From assembly GCA_028534125.1 (NCBI GenBank), contig CM052826.1:24428001-24492000 (forward strand): 64,000 nt of DNA, in the 5' to 3' direction. The DNA is from Lama glama. Taxonomy: Eukaryota. This document shows positions 21,852 to 38,737 of the stretch, one piece after another. Numbering within the stretch: position 1 is the stretch's first letter; the number at the start of each line of letters is the position of its first letter. The position numbers and the translations under genes are program-made. Below the pieces are notes generated by a model, which was not told the DNA's origin, made no database searches, and saw only the letters and a program-made list of their open reading frames with translations.

Positions 21852-23720
21852 CTGCCAGGGAGATCAGCAGTGGGTGTGGGGGTCAGCCCCAGGCAGAGGC
21901 CCAGCCCTGCCCCGGCTCAGCCTGGGAGAGTGGGGACATGCAAGGGTGCCTGGACAGGGGAGGGGACGCTGTGTGTGGGCAGTGACGGAGCGCAGCACTG
22001 AGGCGGCCCACCTCCCTGGCCTGGCCTCCGCCAGATGGGCAGCTGGCATGGGCACAAAGACGCCGAGCCTCACTGAGCGGGGCAGATGCAGCCGGGGCCC
22101 CCATCTCGACGCACCAGACTCCCCAGCAGAACCTGCAAAGACTGAGACTGCTTCTCACCCCAACCCCAGAGCAGGCTGGGATGTGGGACCCTGAACCTGC
22201 CGCTGGCCCACATGCCCCAGGCAGACAAAGCACTGGGACCCACCCAGCTCTAGCCAGGACCCCAAAGCCCTGGAGACGGCAGGGGGGAACTGGAGGCCCC
22301 GAGGGTGACACACCGTGGATATTTGTGCATGGGCCTTTTGCTCAGCACCTGGGGGCAGGTCCCCCACCAGGACCCTCAGGAGGGGCAGGACCGACCCGCG
22401 GGTTGCACTGGGCTGGCCCCAGGCGGTGACCCCATTAAGGGCGGCAACACCACCCTCAGGGAGCAGGACCCCAGAGCCCACAGCTCCCGCTCAAGGCCGG
22501 GCTCCTCGCGGCCTTGGCCCCTCTTCTGCGAGAGAACACAGCATGACGCAGAGGAGGGATGGAGGGGGCCAGGCCTTGAATGGCACCCCGCTAGGGGTGG
22601 CTCTGTTCTCAGGAAACATGCAGCAGCTTCGGGAGCTGGGGCTCAGAGGGCCGAGAGTCTCAGTGTGGGAGAGGAGCAGGGTCGCGAGTTGTGGCCTCAC
22701 TGTAGGGGTGGGGTGTGCAGGGCCCCGCCAACTCTGACTCGTGGGACTCAGGGCCAGGGCAGTGTCCCAGAGACTCGAAGGGAGGCAGCCCTGGGGCCCC
22801 GGCAAAGGAAGTGAGGAGGGGATAGGACACAGACCTCCTGCGGCCTCACCGCCTGACTTGGTGCTGTTTCCAGCACTGGCAGGAGTAAGGGAGGCAACAG
22901 ACCGTCATCACTCAAGCAAGGAAAGCTTCACTTAGAGACGATGCCCCCCACCAGCACCTGCTGAGGGAAGGCGAGTCCAACCCATGGCTCACCATCTACA
23001 ACGGCTCTCAGCAGAGCTGAGACCGCAGGGCATGGGAAGCCCTCGAAGGAGGAGGCTGGGGCCACAGCCTGGGCACACCTGAGGACGGGCAGCCCCAGAG
23101 CGTTCCAGGAGGTCTCGAGGTGGGGAGGAGGCTGGGCTGCACACAGCTCAGAGGAGTCGGTGCCGCGATGCTTCCCGCCTGCTGGCCCTTCCCACGCTCC
23201 AAGAATACCCGCCCAGGCGGCGTGCCCAGCACCCGGGCAGTTGCCAGTGAGGCCCGGACGGGGCAGGAGGGGCTGGGCTGCATGAGCCGGAGAGCACTTG
23301 AACGTGGCTGTCCACCTTCAGCTTCAATGCACCCTAATCAACAAACCTAAGAGCCAGTGGGACTCAGGACTGTGAACCTACTCCCTCGAGCAGTAAGCCA
23401 CACGGAGTCTGGGTACTGACCAAGCATCCGGCAAAGCTGAGCGTGAGGCCAGTTAACAGCGTGGTGACCGTGGACAGAAGGACCTGGGGCGACAGGGTGC
23501 TGACACCAGTCACAGGCCAGGGCAATACCCCAGGTGTGCAGTGTCACCATAACCTGTACCACCTAACAGCTGCCAGACCCCAGGGGGCCCGTGTGCCTCC
23601 CACCCAGCACACCTGGCCGTGGCCTCCGGGCTGCACACACAGCGCCACCTGCTGTGCAGCCTGGGAAACGCAGCAGGAGGAGGTCCTGCAGGAGACCCCC
23701 GCTGACTGGGGTCATGGCTA

Positions 23721-24248
<528 letters not shown>

Positions 24249-24750
24249 TCACAACTCGGAAGATATGGAAAACCGCTGGCTCGTACACTAGAACAGTGTG
24301 GCTCGCACGTGCGCCAGTCATGTTTCGGGAGCGCAAGCACCCGCTCCTGTGCTGGCCTGCACCGGGCTGCAGCCCAGCTCACCTCAGGCACGAAGGAGGT
24401 TCCCGAGAACAAAGGCCCACTCAGTGCTGGCTACCTGGACATGCCCCGACGGAGGGACAGCCGGACCACATGGAGGTCTGGGTGGGGGTACACGTGGTGC
24501 ACCAAGAATCGCTCCTGACGTATTTGAGAATTCTCAGCACAGAAACACTCTCCCCAACAACAAGTGTGGCCAGGGTGTGAACGAGCGAGGATGGAGACCC
24601 ACAGGAGCCGAGTGCGGGGGGCCGGGCCCTGAGTGCACCCCCTGAGAGCTGGTGGGGAGCAGCGGCATCTGAGGGACCCACCAGGAGGGGCAGGCGATGA
24701 AAGCCTGGAGCTCCAACAGGGTGCTCGGGGCCGGGGCCAGGGGCACTTAC

Positions 24751-24887
24751 AGCGTGACCCCAGCCGACCAGATGTCCACCTTGAAGCCCGAGAAGGTGTC
24801 CAAGCCATTGGCAATCTCAGGCGGCTGGAACGCGGGGGAGCCCTGGCTTGTCCGGCACGTGTCATCCTCGGCAAACGGGTGCAGGGC
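24751..24887 (-). CDS. STK11: LKB1 exon 5 (activation segment)
   Basis: Encodes [46 protein letters not shown]. 137 nt; GTAAGT donor. Confidence 0.97.
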
Positions 24888-24912
24888 CTGCGGCAGGGCC
24901 AGGTGGGCCTCA

Positions 24913-25326
<414 letters not shown>

Positions 25327-25671
25327 TCAGCGTACCAACCCCCTTCCCTTCACGCTGCACGCTGCCTGGTCTTGCAGCAACTAGGGGTTGGGGGGCAACT
25401 CCCCAGAGGACCTGCCAGCTGGGGACAGAGCAGACCACCATCAGGAGCTACCTAAGGACCAGAAGACCCCAGAAGAGCCTTAGGCAGTGGGCACACCGGA
25501 GCAGGAAGGTGCCCAGGAGCCAGCTGTCGGGCTGCGGTCCCACAAACCAGGTCTCCAAAGCCTTGAGTTTTAAACAAATCTGAACTTTCATTTCACTGAC
25601 AATCAAAATAAGCTGTCTCAACAAGGGACTACCCCTTAAAGCCCTGGGCCCGGGAGCGAGCCGTGCACTCA

Positions 25672-26913
<1,242 letters not shown>

Positions 26914-27194
26914 TCAGGGACAGCGGGATGGCAGGGCATCGGCACCCCCGTGCGTGGGAGCTGGCGTGACCATAGCCCAGGGACGGCTCAGCTTGCCCTT
27001 GGCGTCCCCTCAGGGTCTCCCTCTGGGACTGAAGCCCCAGCCCCACGCCACTGCTAGGGTGTCTCCATGAGGACAGGACCTCCTTCCTCTCCCCGCACCC
27101 TGCCAGAGCGGACCAGGGCAGGGCCCAGCACTGCCCGCTCTGCAGATGGCCTCCTGACGCTGCCTCTCTCCCCACGGGGCCTGAGCAGGATGGG

Positions 27195-27743
27195 CCCTGA
27201 CAGCCCAGATGTGGGGAATGCTCCGCAGTGCCTCAGAAGGTTGAATGGTCCACCAACTGACCCAGCAATTCCACTCAGGGTGCTCACCCAGGAGAACTGC
27301 TTACAGAGCCCTGCACACGCGTGCTCACGGCAGCACGATCCACCAAAGCCCCAAAGTGGAAACAACGCAACTGTCCCTCCACATGCAGGAATTATCACTC
27401 GGCCACAAAAAGGAGAGCAGCCCTGACACCTGCTCCCATGTGGATGGACCCTGAGAGCACAATGCTTAGTGAGAGAAGCAGACACAGAAGGACACACAGT
27501 GTGTGTTGTGACTCCATGGATGTGAAACATCCAGAACAGGCCAGGCGGCAGACACAGGGAGGGGGCTCCTGGCTGTCAGGGGCTGGGAGGGGGTGTGGTG
27601 GATGAGGGGGTGACTGCTAATGGGGACAAGGTTTCTTCTTGGGGTGACAGAGTGTTCTGGAACTAGAGGTAATGGTGGCACAACTCTATGAAGATTCTAA
27701 ACGGCACCAAATTGCATGACATCCGAATAGTATCTCAATGAAG
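27195..27743 (+). mobile_element. L1M(B)-like 3' end fragment with shared GC-shifted core (copy A)
   Basis: gacccagcaattccactc, gtgactgctaatgggga...gtttcttcttggggtga resemble L1MB 3'UTR. Core 25-mer at 27471-27495. Confidence 0.75.
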
Positions 27744-28022
27744 ACTTCAAAAGTCCTCACCAGGAAGCATGAGACATCAGAACAGCCAGGAAGGTAAGGG
27801 GCCCCCAATCCTGTCAGAAACTTGGGTCCCTCCCTCCCACTGTCCAGGTTCCACAAAAAGGTCACCTACTCCAGGAAGCCCATCCTGACAGCGGCCAGGC
27901 GTGGATCCCATGCCATAACACCTTGCATCCTCATAAGTGTCAGTCCTCCAGGGGCTGCAAAGCCAGGAGCCTCCGAGGCTGCTGCCATGCGGATTCCCCA
28001 CCTCGGCACTCAGACAGCCTCT

Positions 28023-28185
28023 NNNNNNNNNNNNNNNNNNNNNNNNNNNNNNNNNNNNNNNNNNNNNNNNNNNNNNNNNNNNNNNNNNNNNNNNNNNNNN
28101 NNNNNNNNNNNNNNNNNNNNNNNNNNNNNNNNNNNNNNNNNNNNNNNNNNNNNNNNNNNNNNNNNNNNNNNNNNNNNNNNNNNNN
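28023..28185. other. Assembly gap (163 N) in STK11 intron 1
   Basis: Run of N. Confidence 0.98.
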
Positions 28186-30649
28186 GGGCTGCCCTGCCCC
28201 ACTCTGCCAGAGGGTCTGCGGGCACGGGAGCAGCAGGAACCGAGCCGTCGTTGCCCTGTCCTTCCATGGTTACCCCTTACCACCTGACCTTGGAGGGCCT
28301 GGGGCGCTACACACGTTAAACACACAAGATGAAGTGGAGGGAGAGGCAGCAACTTACAGCCACGGGGGGCGCCCCGGTTTGCACCAGCTGACCACTGGGG
28401 GTTTAGCCTGGTATCTAGTGTGAGCAGGACCCACACTCAATTCTCCCGTGAATAATTAACACATGGTAACCCCACCTCAGCCCTGTGACACGGGACTATT
28501 TGACCACCAATGTCCTCAGACCTTGCCAGGTGTCCCTGGGGCAAGATCGCAGGATGCATCCCGCTGTAAAGGATCGGGACGGTCCTGGCTGGGGAGCACC
28601 CGTCCAGCTGCTCCTCTTGCCTGTGAGCCCCCTCCCGACCTCTGGCAGGTCCTCCCAGAACAGTCCAGGCGCTGGCCTCCAGATCCCACCTGCTCCGCGA
28701 CGGACCTCACCAGGCCCATCTGTGGGGCTCGGGCAACCAGACGCCCAGGGCCTCCCCACCACTGCCTGGGAGCAGCCCTGTGCGGCAGTCCTCCTTCCTC
28801 CTCCCTGCATCCCACCACCTGGATCACCCCAGAGCTCTGACTCCTGGCCCCACTGGCTGCCAGCTCCCCTGGCCAGAGCTCAGCCCTGACTCAGGGGCCC
28901 TCCACCCACCGGCGAGTCCCACCCCACTTTTATCCAACAGACGTGTGGCAGCAGGAGACAGCAATGGGACGCATTATCAGACCCCAGCTGCCCCTGACAG
29001 GCCATACTCAGCCAGCGGTGCATATGCCAGTTGCCACGAGGTCCCTGCCACCTGCTGCCTGCTGTGCGTGCAGAGCCGGCTCCTCTCAGAGACCACTCCT
29101 CAGCACCTGCCACCCACCCAGCCAGCCAACTTACCTGTGGAGCCACCTGGCCAGCATGGGGCCAGCGGCCAGGACTGGGAGGCGGCTGTGTGGGCGCCTG
29201 GGGGCGGAGGGGGGCAGGTGTACAGCCCCAAGAGGGGAAGCACATCACAGGGATGAAGGATTGCCCACACGCAGACCCCATGTCTCCCCAACTCTAGTTT
29301 CCGAAACTGCACGTGGGGTGACGAACAGTTAGCACAGACCCCAGCTCAGGACAGCTCAGATCACCCGTCCGAGCCAGCCTCTAAGCCCTGGAATCTTCCT
29401 CCAGTCCCTCTCCTCTGCATCCAGACAGACCACGACAGCTTCTCTCATCGCAGCCAAGACGCAAGTGTTGAGACAAGGAGCGCTCAGACCTTGAGCCGAC
29501 ATGTGGCCACCTTGGGGATGGGGCAGCAGCCTGACACGTGAGTGTGGAAATAAGGCCCTGAACTCCGATGCAGGCTGCCAACAACACTGTGGGGCAGCTC
29601 CTGGACCAGGGGCCCGCTGCACACTGACAGGCCCTGGGAGCTCACCCAGTCCTTCCCGACTGCTCTGCTCTCTGTGTTCTGACTTACTCCAGGCCTGGAA
29701 CTACCTTCTGGGCTGGCTGGGCCAAGCCTCTTCCTGCCGAACTGTCTTTAGGGCAAAACCACCACTTGAATTCTGCGGGAGAGGTCAGAGCCAAGTCCCA
29801 GGGAGACGCAGCCGCCTTTCCACCCTGACGCCGGCAAGGTGAGCTCCAAAAGAGAGGGCCCCGCTCTGCAGCCAAACCAGGCTGACCTGCTGTGGGTGCG
29901 TCTGGCCGCCCATCTGTTTGCTCAACTAACTGATCAGAGCTTCCTGGGTAAACATGCTAAGTCCCATGACTGGTACTCGGAAAGTGGCTTCGATGTCAAA
30001 CTTGACACAGGGCTGTGGGAACCACACGTGCGCGAGCAGACGGCATGGAGATGCACATTGGGAGCCGGTTACGGAGCCCCAGAAACGTTCACTGCAGTGC
30101 CCTGGGGGGACGGGGGCTGCCATCACCTCCTCCGCAAAGTTTTCTGTCTCTTACAAGTCACACCACTGGCCGGAAAAAAAAAAGAAAACCAGTATTTAAA
30201 GAAAGAGGAAAAGCCAGGCGCTCGGCCAGGATGCAGGAAGTGAACAAGAGGAAGCAGCGCCTTCCGTCCGGTGTGCACAGCTGCTCAGGGCGGTACGTCA
30301 CCCTCCCACCCACCCGGCGCTGCCAGGGACATGCCTGAGGGTGCTCCCCCAGCAGAACCAACTGTTTGGCTGACACCTTGATTAACCAGAAGACAAATGG
30401 AAGAGTGAGGGTCCCCAGACCGTCGGAGCTTAGAGGATGGAGAGAAGCTGCCTCCAGCGTCAGCCCAAAACACAGCACACGGGGCCAGCCACCTGTCCCA
30501 GGGCCAGCCCAGGTCACGGCTGGGGCCACAGAGAGTGGGCGCCCCTGGCAGAGGGACACACAGGGCAAGACCCCCTCACCCCTCTGCCAGTGCTTCTAAT
30601 CATGTGGCAAGGGGCCCTTGGCGGGCCCGGAGAGAGAATTAAACAAGGG

Positions 30650-31160
30650 GAGATTTGCTCAAAGTGCAGCTCAGCACAAGCACTCGTTCACGCAAGTTCC
30701 CGGCAGCACAGCTCCTAACAGGCGTCAGGTAGGAACACCCCCAATGTCCACTGACAGGGGATGGATACACACACGTCCCTCCACACACAGGGACATCACT
30801 CAGCCGTGAATAGGAGAGCAGCCCTGGCCCTCGCTGCCACGTGGACGGACCCTGAGAGCACGGTGCTCAGGGAGAGAAGCAGACACAGAAGGACACGCAG
30901 CGTGTGAGTCCATGGATGTGAGGCGTCCAGAACAGGCCAGTCCACAGACACAGAGAGGGGGCTCCTGGCTGTCAGGGGCTGGAGGAGAGTCTCGGGGTGG
31001 TGACTGCTGATGGGGACGGGGTTTCTTTTTGGGGTGATGGAATCTTCTGGAGCTAAATAGAGGTGATGGTTGCACACTCTATGAAAGTACTAAATGATAC
31101 TGAATTACCCACTACTAGTGTGAATCTTACATCGTGTAAATTCTGTTTCCGTAAAACTTA
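30650..31160 (+). mobile_element. L1M(B)-like 3' end fragment (copy B)
   Basis: Same family. Core 25-mer at 30872-30896. Confidence 0.75.
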
Positions 31161-34100
31161 TGAGAACAAATCGCCATTCAATGCATGGTGGACCCAGGCA
31201 GCTTCGGTTGTGGTTCTTGACACTCTCGGGTGAGAAGCCAGCATTCCCTAGTGTGCACAGCTGCTCAGGGCGGCACGTCACCTGCTCGCCCATCCGGCAC
31301 TGCCAGGGACCTGGCCTGCTGTGTGTTCCAACGCCCCCAACCCCAAGCTCCTGCTGCATTTCCACATCCCTCCCCTCTGGCGGGCAACTGACCGGCCCAA
31401 CAGCAGAATCCTTTCCAATACTGAGGTAGGCAGGGGAACGAGGGCCAGCCCAGTCCAGAGCTCTGCTGCTTGATGTGCTAAAATCCCAACCGCTTCCCAA
31501 CTGCTCACTGCCCACCAGTCACTGCAGAGTGGTCCGGCCTCGCCACGGGAGGCCTAGCTCGGCCACAGGGGCAGGGACGCAAAGGGAAGGGACTGGCCCG
31601 GGTGCACCAGGGTCACGGATGGGGAAAGCAGGCCGCGAGGCCTGAGCTGCCCCACTGGGCCCACCGCTCCCCAGACGCACACACACCCTGGGGCTCTGCA
31701 CACACCCATCCCAAAGCCACAGGACCATCACCAAGACCCCACCTGCCCTCAACAGAAAGGCAGCCAGAAAGGCAGCTGTAGGCTGGGGGTGAGGGTCCAA
31801 GCAGCACAGCCTTGGGGCAAACAGACCCCTCAGCAGCTGACGAAGACCCCTCCAAAGAGCTGAAGCCCCTCTGCCACCTGTCCTCCCGGGCAGTGGTGTC
31901 ACAAGGGGTGCGGCCCGACACCTGCTCCGACACCTGCTCCCGCCATCTAGGGAAGCACAAGCAAATCCGACTTCTCCTTTACGACTACACTCGGGGTGGG
32001 TTTGTCCTGCACGAAAGTGGCCAGAGAGGAAGAGAGGACACACCTAAGAGGGGCTCAAAAGGAACGCAGCACACGGTCGGTACTAAGGCAGTGAGCAGCC
32101 CCTTTTTTCACTTCTGGGCGCTTTTTGGAACTTCCCTGTCACAGTAAGGAAGAGTTAGCTTCTGCCAGCAGGTCAGGGACGAGCACAGACCCACAACCAC
32201 TGTCTTGGGGGAGCCGCGGGGGGGCCTCCTTCTGCGCCAACTCCATTCTTCAAGGAGAAGCTTCCCGTCCCAGCTAGAGCTGGAGGACTCGCGAGGCTTC
32301 TCTGCAAGGTTCCAGATGCTTCACAAGAGACGAGTCTGGAGTTCAGTTTATTAAGTCTCTCCAGGACAAAGGAGCCTTTTTTTCCCATAGCCACCCGGCG
32401 GCAAGGCTGGCCCTGAAGCCTGGGTCTCAGGCCTGGGAGTGGACACCCGGCCCTGGCAGGAGAGCCCACCATGGGGCAGACCCACTGCCCTCCAAGGTCT
32501 CCTATCCAGACCTCTGTGCTGGGACTCAGGACCAGGGAACAGGCCCCCTCAGGGCAGGGCACGGCCCTCATAGCACTCAGCGAAGAAGGTGTAGTGGGTT
32601 CTAGTCCAGAGCTGCCTGCCTGCCTGCAGGTTCTCATGACAGACACCAAAGCCGGGCAGGCAGCACAGCACCAAGCCAGCCCTCTGCTCCGAGGGGGCCT
32701 CCGAGAGGCGGAGTCCCGCACACCCACCCAGGGCTGAGCGAGTGGACTGGCACCGGCACGGCCGTTGTGACACCTGACACTACTTGTCAGGCCAGCTGGG
32801 GACCACCAGCCACACTGCGTCCCTGGCCTGCTTCCCCTCTGGTTCTTCCGACGGACACTGTGTCCCCACGGTGCCAGGGCCACAGCTGACCCTCCAGGAA
32901 AGCAGGACTGGGGGCCAGCACTGCATGACCCTCCACTCAGGTCTCAGAGCTCGAGCAAACCCTTTGGGCGATAAGCGTCCTCTAACTTGACCTTCGTGCA
33001 CATGTGCGCGTACAGGGCACTCTATCACATATACAGGATGCCTGGGGGGGCACTCGCCCACCTGACACCTCTCCATCCCGCTTCTACTCCCTGAAGGCCT
33101 TGGAGGGCCAGTAGGGTGGCTTGGGTGACTCTAGTCGGACAGATCAACGGGTGCTCTGGGAACCCCTACTTCCCTCTGGCTGCTACTCCCAAGAGGCTGG
33201 GGCCCAGGCTGCCACACAGCGCCAAGGTGGACCTGTGCTGGCTCCAGGCGGGAGGGCTGGGCCAGGCGGTAAGATACTATCACCCCGTTCTCTGGACAGA
33301 CCTGGGGACAAGGCCTAAGCACAGCCAGGAGGACAGGCCCCTCCTTGGGGGCAGCATCCAGGACACAGGAGCGCACCACCCCCCAAACCAGAGCCGTGGC
33401 AAACCGGCAGCCGCCGAGGTCACATCACCCCCACATGCTTCTGGCTTAAAGAGAAAATGGGACTTAGAAGCCATCTGACTCAGAAGCAGTCTCCCCAGGA
33501 GGCTGGTGGCCCAGACCCACCCCCACCTGACAGGTGAGAGACACGGAGAACTGGCCGCTGGCCTGGCCCCGCCCTTGCCCTTCACCAGGTGCTCATGGGC
33601 CGGGCACCAACAGGAGCCAGTCAGGCAGCAGCACTCTGCTCCTACAGCCCAGCACCCCACGCATCCTGAGTAAGGAAACTCAGCTCAGCCACACGCTGTC
33701 AAAACGCGAGCAAGCAGGCAGGGCCAGGAAAGCAGGAGGTGAAAGTGGACCTGGGAGCAGAACTTCCACAATCGTCCAAGGTCACCAGCCAGTCCTGCTG
33801 CCTAGCTCATCAGATAAACCCCTTCTGGAAGCTGGTGGTGGGGAGAGAAGTGCGGGCCCGGGCAGGGCGGGTCCCCCTGGGCAGCAGCGATAAGGAGGAG
33901 GCCCCCTACCCCGAGAGCGGCAGAAGGAAGGAGGCAGGCCCCCACCATCCTCAGGAGGCTCCAGCAGGCAGACCCCAACACCCCTGCGATGCCTACGGGC
34001 AGACGGGTACCGGAAGAAACCGTGTAAACAGTTTGCCAGGACACAAGCCGGTACACTTCTCGAGGAGTCACCGGACCTGCGAGTCACGGACGTGTCTGGT

Positions 34101-34598
34101 GTCACATCCCTGGCGAGTGAGAAAGGGCGAAGTTCCCCCCTGCTGACTGATAAGCCGCTGCAAACAATTATTTTTGGCAGCCACAGAGTTCCCCTTCAAC
34201 AGGATAAACAAATCGCATTTCTCGGGTCCTAGTAACAGCCGGACACTGCTCAGAAACCCGCTGGCGGCAGGCAGGACCGTTTCTGAACCCAGTGCTCAGA
34301 GCCAAGTAAAGGCTGGCGGGTTTTGCGGGGCTTCTATACAGACAGCTGGTAGGGTGAGGCGGGCTCTGCTGGGCGTCCAAGAGCCCAAAGGTACAGGACA
34401 CTGGCCACAACAAGCCAGCCTAACTTCACCAAAGTACCGAAGTGGGTGGCCCTGGACTCCCGGGCAAGTCAGCTCAGGTTGTTAAGGAAAGGGAGGACCC
34501 CAGGGAAGCCTGGAGAAGAGGAGGGAGGAGGGAGGAAGGGAAGGAAGGAAGGGGCCGACCCGCTGGCCGCACCCCAACCCAGGAAGAAGCCACACTTA

Positions 34599-35949
<1,351 letters not shown>

Positions 35950-35972
<23 letters not shown>

Positions 35973-36200
35973 CTCCCCCGCCCTGCGCCGCCGCTCCGCC
36001 GCACGCCCTCCGCGGGTCCGCCCCTCGCGGATCCGACGTGCACGCCCGTTGGCCGAGCCGGCCCGCCCCGCCCCCGCAGCCCGCCCCGCTGCCACCGCCC
36101 ATTGGGCCGTTTGGACCCGAGTGGGCGCCCGAGCGGGGATTGGTTCGCGCCCGATCCCGCCCCGGGGGTGGGCTCGGATCGCTCATTGGGCCGCGGCGAC
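35950..36200 (-). promoter_or_regulatory. STK11: STK11 core promoter: three CCAAT boxes, GC boxes, forkhead and YY1 motifs
   Basis: ATTGG at 36101-36105, 36139-36143 and 36185-36189. Several CCGCCC. On the minus strand GTAAACA overlaps CAAGATGGCG at about 35955-35969. Confidence 0.8.
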
Positions 36201-36984
36201 GCCCATCACGGAGAGGGGGTGGAACGCGGGCGCCCCGAGGTGAGGCCGCGGCGTTGACCTGGGAGGGGTTGGGTGTTAGGGTCGGAGATCTCGAGCGCGA
36301 ACGGCTTCCTCGGAACCGGTGGCGGCCGAGCGCAGCCCTGGTGGACTGGGACGCGGCTCGGGGACCTGGTGGGCGCCTGCCAGGGCCCCTCCCCCGATAC
36401 CCTCCTTGGGGCGAGGTCAAGGGTCAAAAAGTAGCCGAAAGCGGCCGATTCGAGGCAAAAAGTTTTTTATTAAGCCTCCCTCGGGCCAGGTGGAGAGAGA
36501 GATGCGCCGGGCGGTCTGTGCCCCAAGGGAACTCCGGGAGTAAAACCCAGAACCCAGCTGGGGTGGTGCCAGCAAAGTGCTCTGAATGAAAAGCAGAGTT
36601 GGCAAAATATGGTTTGGTGAAGTTGAAAATACCTCCAGGCCTGTGTGTTTTACCTTTCTGCTTATTAGCACTAGATTATTATTTTTCCAGAACAGACTGC
36701 TTGTCTTGTGTGGAGGCGTTGGGAGCCGACACCAGATTTGGGCTCCAGGCTGGGGTTCTGAGCCTGACACGTGTGAACTACTGAAAACTACGTGCAAAAT
36801 TGAGTGTCCCGTGTACATGTTTTTGGGGATAGCCATGAGTTTCATCAGATTATCAAATGAACCACAGAAGAGGGGTTGGTGTGCTTTGTGGGGTAGGGAC
36901 CACTAGTCACACCAGCGTACCAGCACGTTCTAATGAGAACATGTGGATTAGCCCCAGATTCCTAAATCACAAGGATCAGAGCAG

Positions 36985-37520
36985 AAACTGATGAAATAGA
37001 ATAGAAAAAGAATGAGGGGTGGGCGGGTATTGCTCAGTGGTAGAGCACATGCTTATCATGAAGAAGGTCCTGGGTTCAATCCCCAGTACCTCCAGTAAAA
37101 GCAACAAGAAGATCTTTTTAAAAAGAAGAATGGAAAAATCAATGAAACCAAAAGATTTTTCCTAGAAAAAATAAAAGTTGATAAAACTCAAACCAGATAA
37201 GAAAAAAAGATGACCAATAGTAGGAGTTAAAGAAGGGATATCACTACAGACATAAGGATGTTAAAAATTAGCTGTAGGAACAAGTCTATGCCCTTAAGTG
37301 AAGTAGGCCAACAGCTGAAAAGACACTAAAATGAAAGCTCCCCCCAGAAGAAATAGATGATCTGCATAAGTCATATCTAATAAGAGATTAAGTCTAGTGA
37401 AAACCTTCCAGCAACGACCCAGGTGGTTTCGTCGGTGAATTTCCACCAGGCGTTTCATGGAGAGATAACATCAGTTTTAAATCTCTTCCAGAAAACAGAG
37501 GAGCAAGGAACACTCCCGAC
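36985..37520 (+). mobile_element. Degraded L1 ORF2-region fragment, interrupted by a SINE
   Basis: A-rich L1-like text: gaaaaatcaatgaaaccaaaag, atcactacagac, caagaagaaataga-like, ggtgaatttccaccag. Confidence 0.7.
37016..37125 (+). mobile_element. tRNA-Ala-derived SINE (camelid Vic-1-like)
   Basis: A box TGCTCAGTGG, B box GGTTCAATCC, end ...AGTACCTCCA, A-rich tail. Flanking aagaatg repeats (37008-37014, 37126-37132). Anticodon and acceptor stems disrupted. Confidence 0.8.
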
Positions 37521-37899
37521 TCAAATTCCTTCTGATATTTTCCATGTTTTTGACTGCTGGCTTATGTCCAGACTTTTTGGAGTCTGGGGGCACTTGATAA
37601 CCCTGGCATCTGTAGGCTCCACTCTCCTTCACAAAGCCTCCACCGTTTCTCCTGATGGAAGGGACTCAGGAAATGTTTGGTGACCATTGCAGAAAGAGTC
37701 CGTGAAGGTGAAATTTCGGCTGAGATGCCACTTTCTCCAAGAAGTCCTCCTGGTCATTCCCTTGCATGTAGCCCCTTTTCAGTTTCATTTTCTTCTTAAT
37801 ACTTGTCACCATCAGAAATTGACTCATTTATATATTTCTTTACCCATTTTTTTTCATTCTCTGAAACTAGACTTGGGAGTTCTCTGGGGTCGAGGAGAA

Positions 37900-38160
37900 G
37901 TCTGTTGTGGCCACTGCAGCAGCAGCCCCTGGCCACATGTGTCTGTTGAGCTCCTGTAATATGGCTTCCTGAATTGACATGTGCTGACTACAAATACACA
38001 CTGGATTTTGAAGGCTTAATATGAAAAAAAAAGTATGTATATATGTGTATCTTACTAATAACTGTGATGCAAAAACTTTCAATAATTTACATTGACTACA
38101 TGTTGAAATTAAGTAATTTTGGATATGTTAGGTTAAAAGAAATACGTTATTAAAATTAAC
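37900..38160 (+). mobile_element. MER33/MER3-like hAT-Charlie fragment
   Basis: aaatacacactggattttgaagg...attgactacatgttgaaat...ttttggatatgttaggttaaa...ttattaaaattaa resembles MER33. Confidence 0.65.
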
Positions 38161-38162
38161 CA

Positions 38163-38737
38163 CTTTATACCCACTAGGATGGCTGTGATAAAAAAAAAAG
38201 AATAACAAATATTGGCAGGCTTGTGGAGAAACTGGAACATCCATGCAGATGGTGCAGTCACTTTGAGAAAAAAGTTGAAAGGTTACCATTGAGCTACCAC
38301 ATGGCCCAGTAATTCCGCTCCTAGGTATGTGCCCAAGAGAACTGGAAACATACGTCTGCACAAAAACTTCTACATAGATGTTCCCAGCAGCCTGAGTCAC
38401 TTGATGATTAAAAAGTGGAAACAACCCAAATGTCCATCAACAGATGTGGAGATAAACAGAATATGGGGTATCCACATGCTGGAATGTTACTCAGCCATGA
38501 AAAAGAATAAGGCATTGACACACATGGATGAACTTGAGAACACGATGCTCAATGAGAGAAGCAGACACAGAAGGACACACAGTGTGTGATTCCATGGATG
38601 TGAAACGTCCACAACAGGACAATCCACAGACACAGAGAGGGGGCTCCTGGTTGTCAGGTGCTGGGGAGGTGGGAGCAATAAGAGGTGATTGCTAATGGGA
38701 ACGGGGTTTCTTTTCAGGTGATGAAATGTTCCAAAAT
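38163..38737 (+). mobile_element. L1M(B)-like 3' end fragment (copy C)
   Basis: cccactaggatggct, aattccgctcctaggtat, aagtggaaacaacccaaatgtccatcaacag. Core 25-mer at 38554-38578. Confidence 0.8.

Noticed and set aside
37021-37094. Possible tRNA-Ala gene
   Set aside because: Acceptor and anticodon stems are broken; it has an A-rich tail and flanking direct repeats and sits inside an L1, so it is a SINE.
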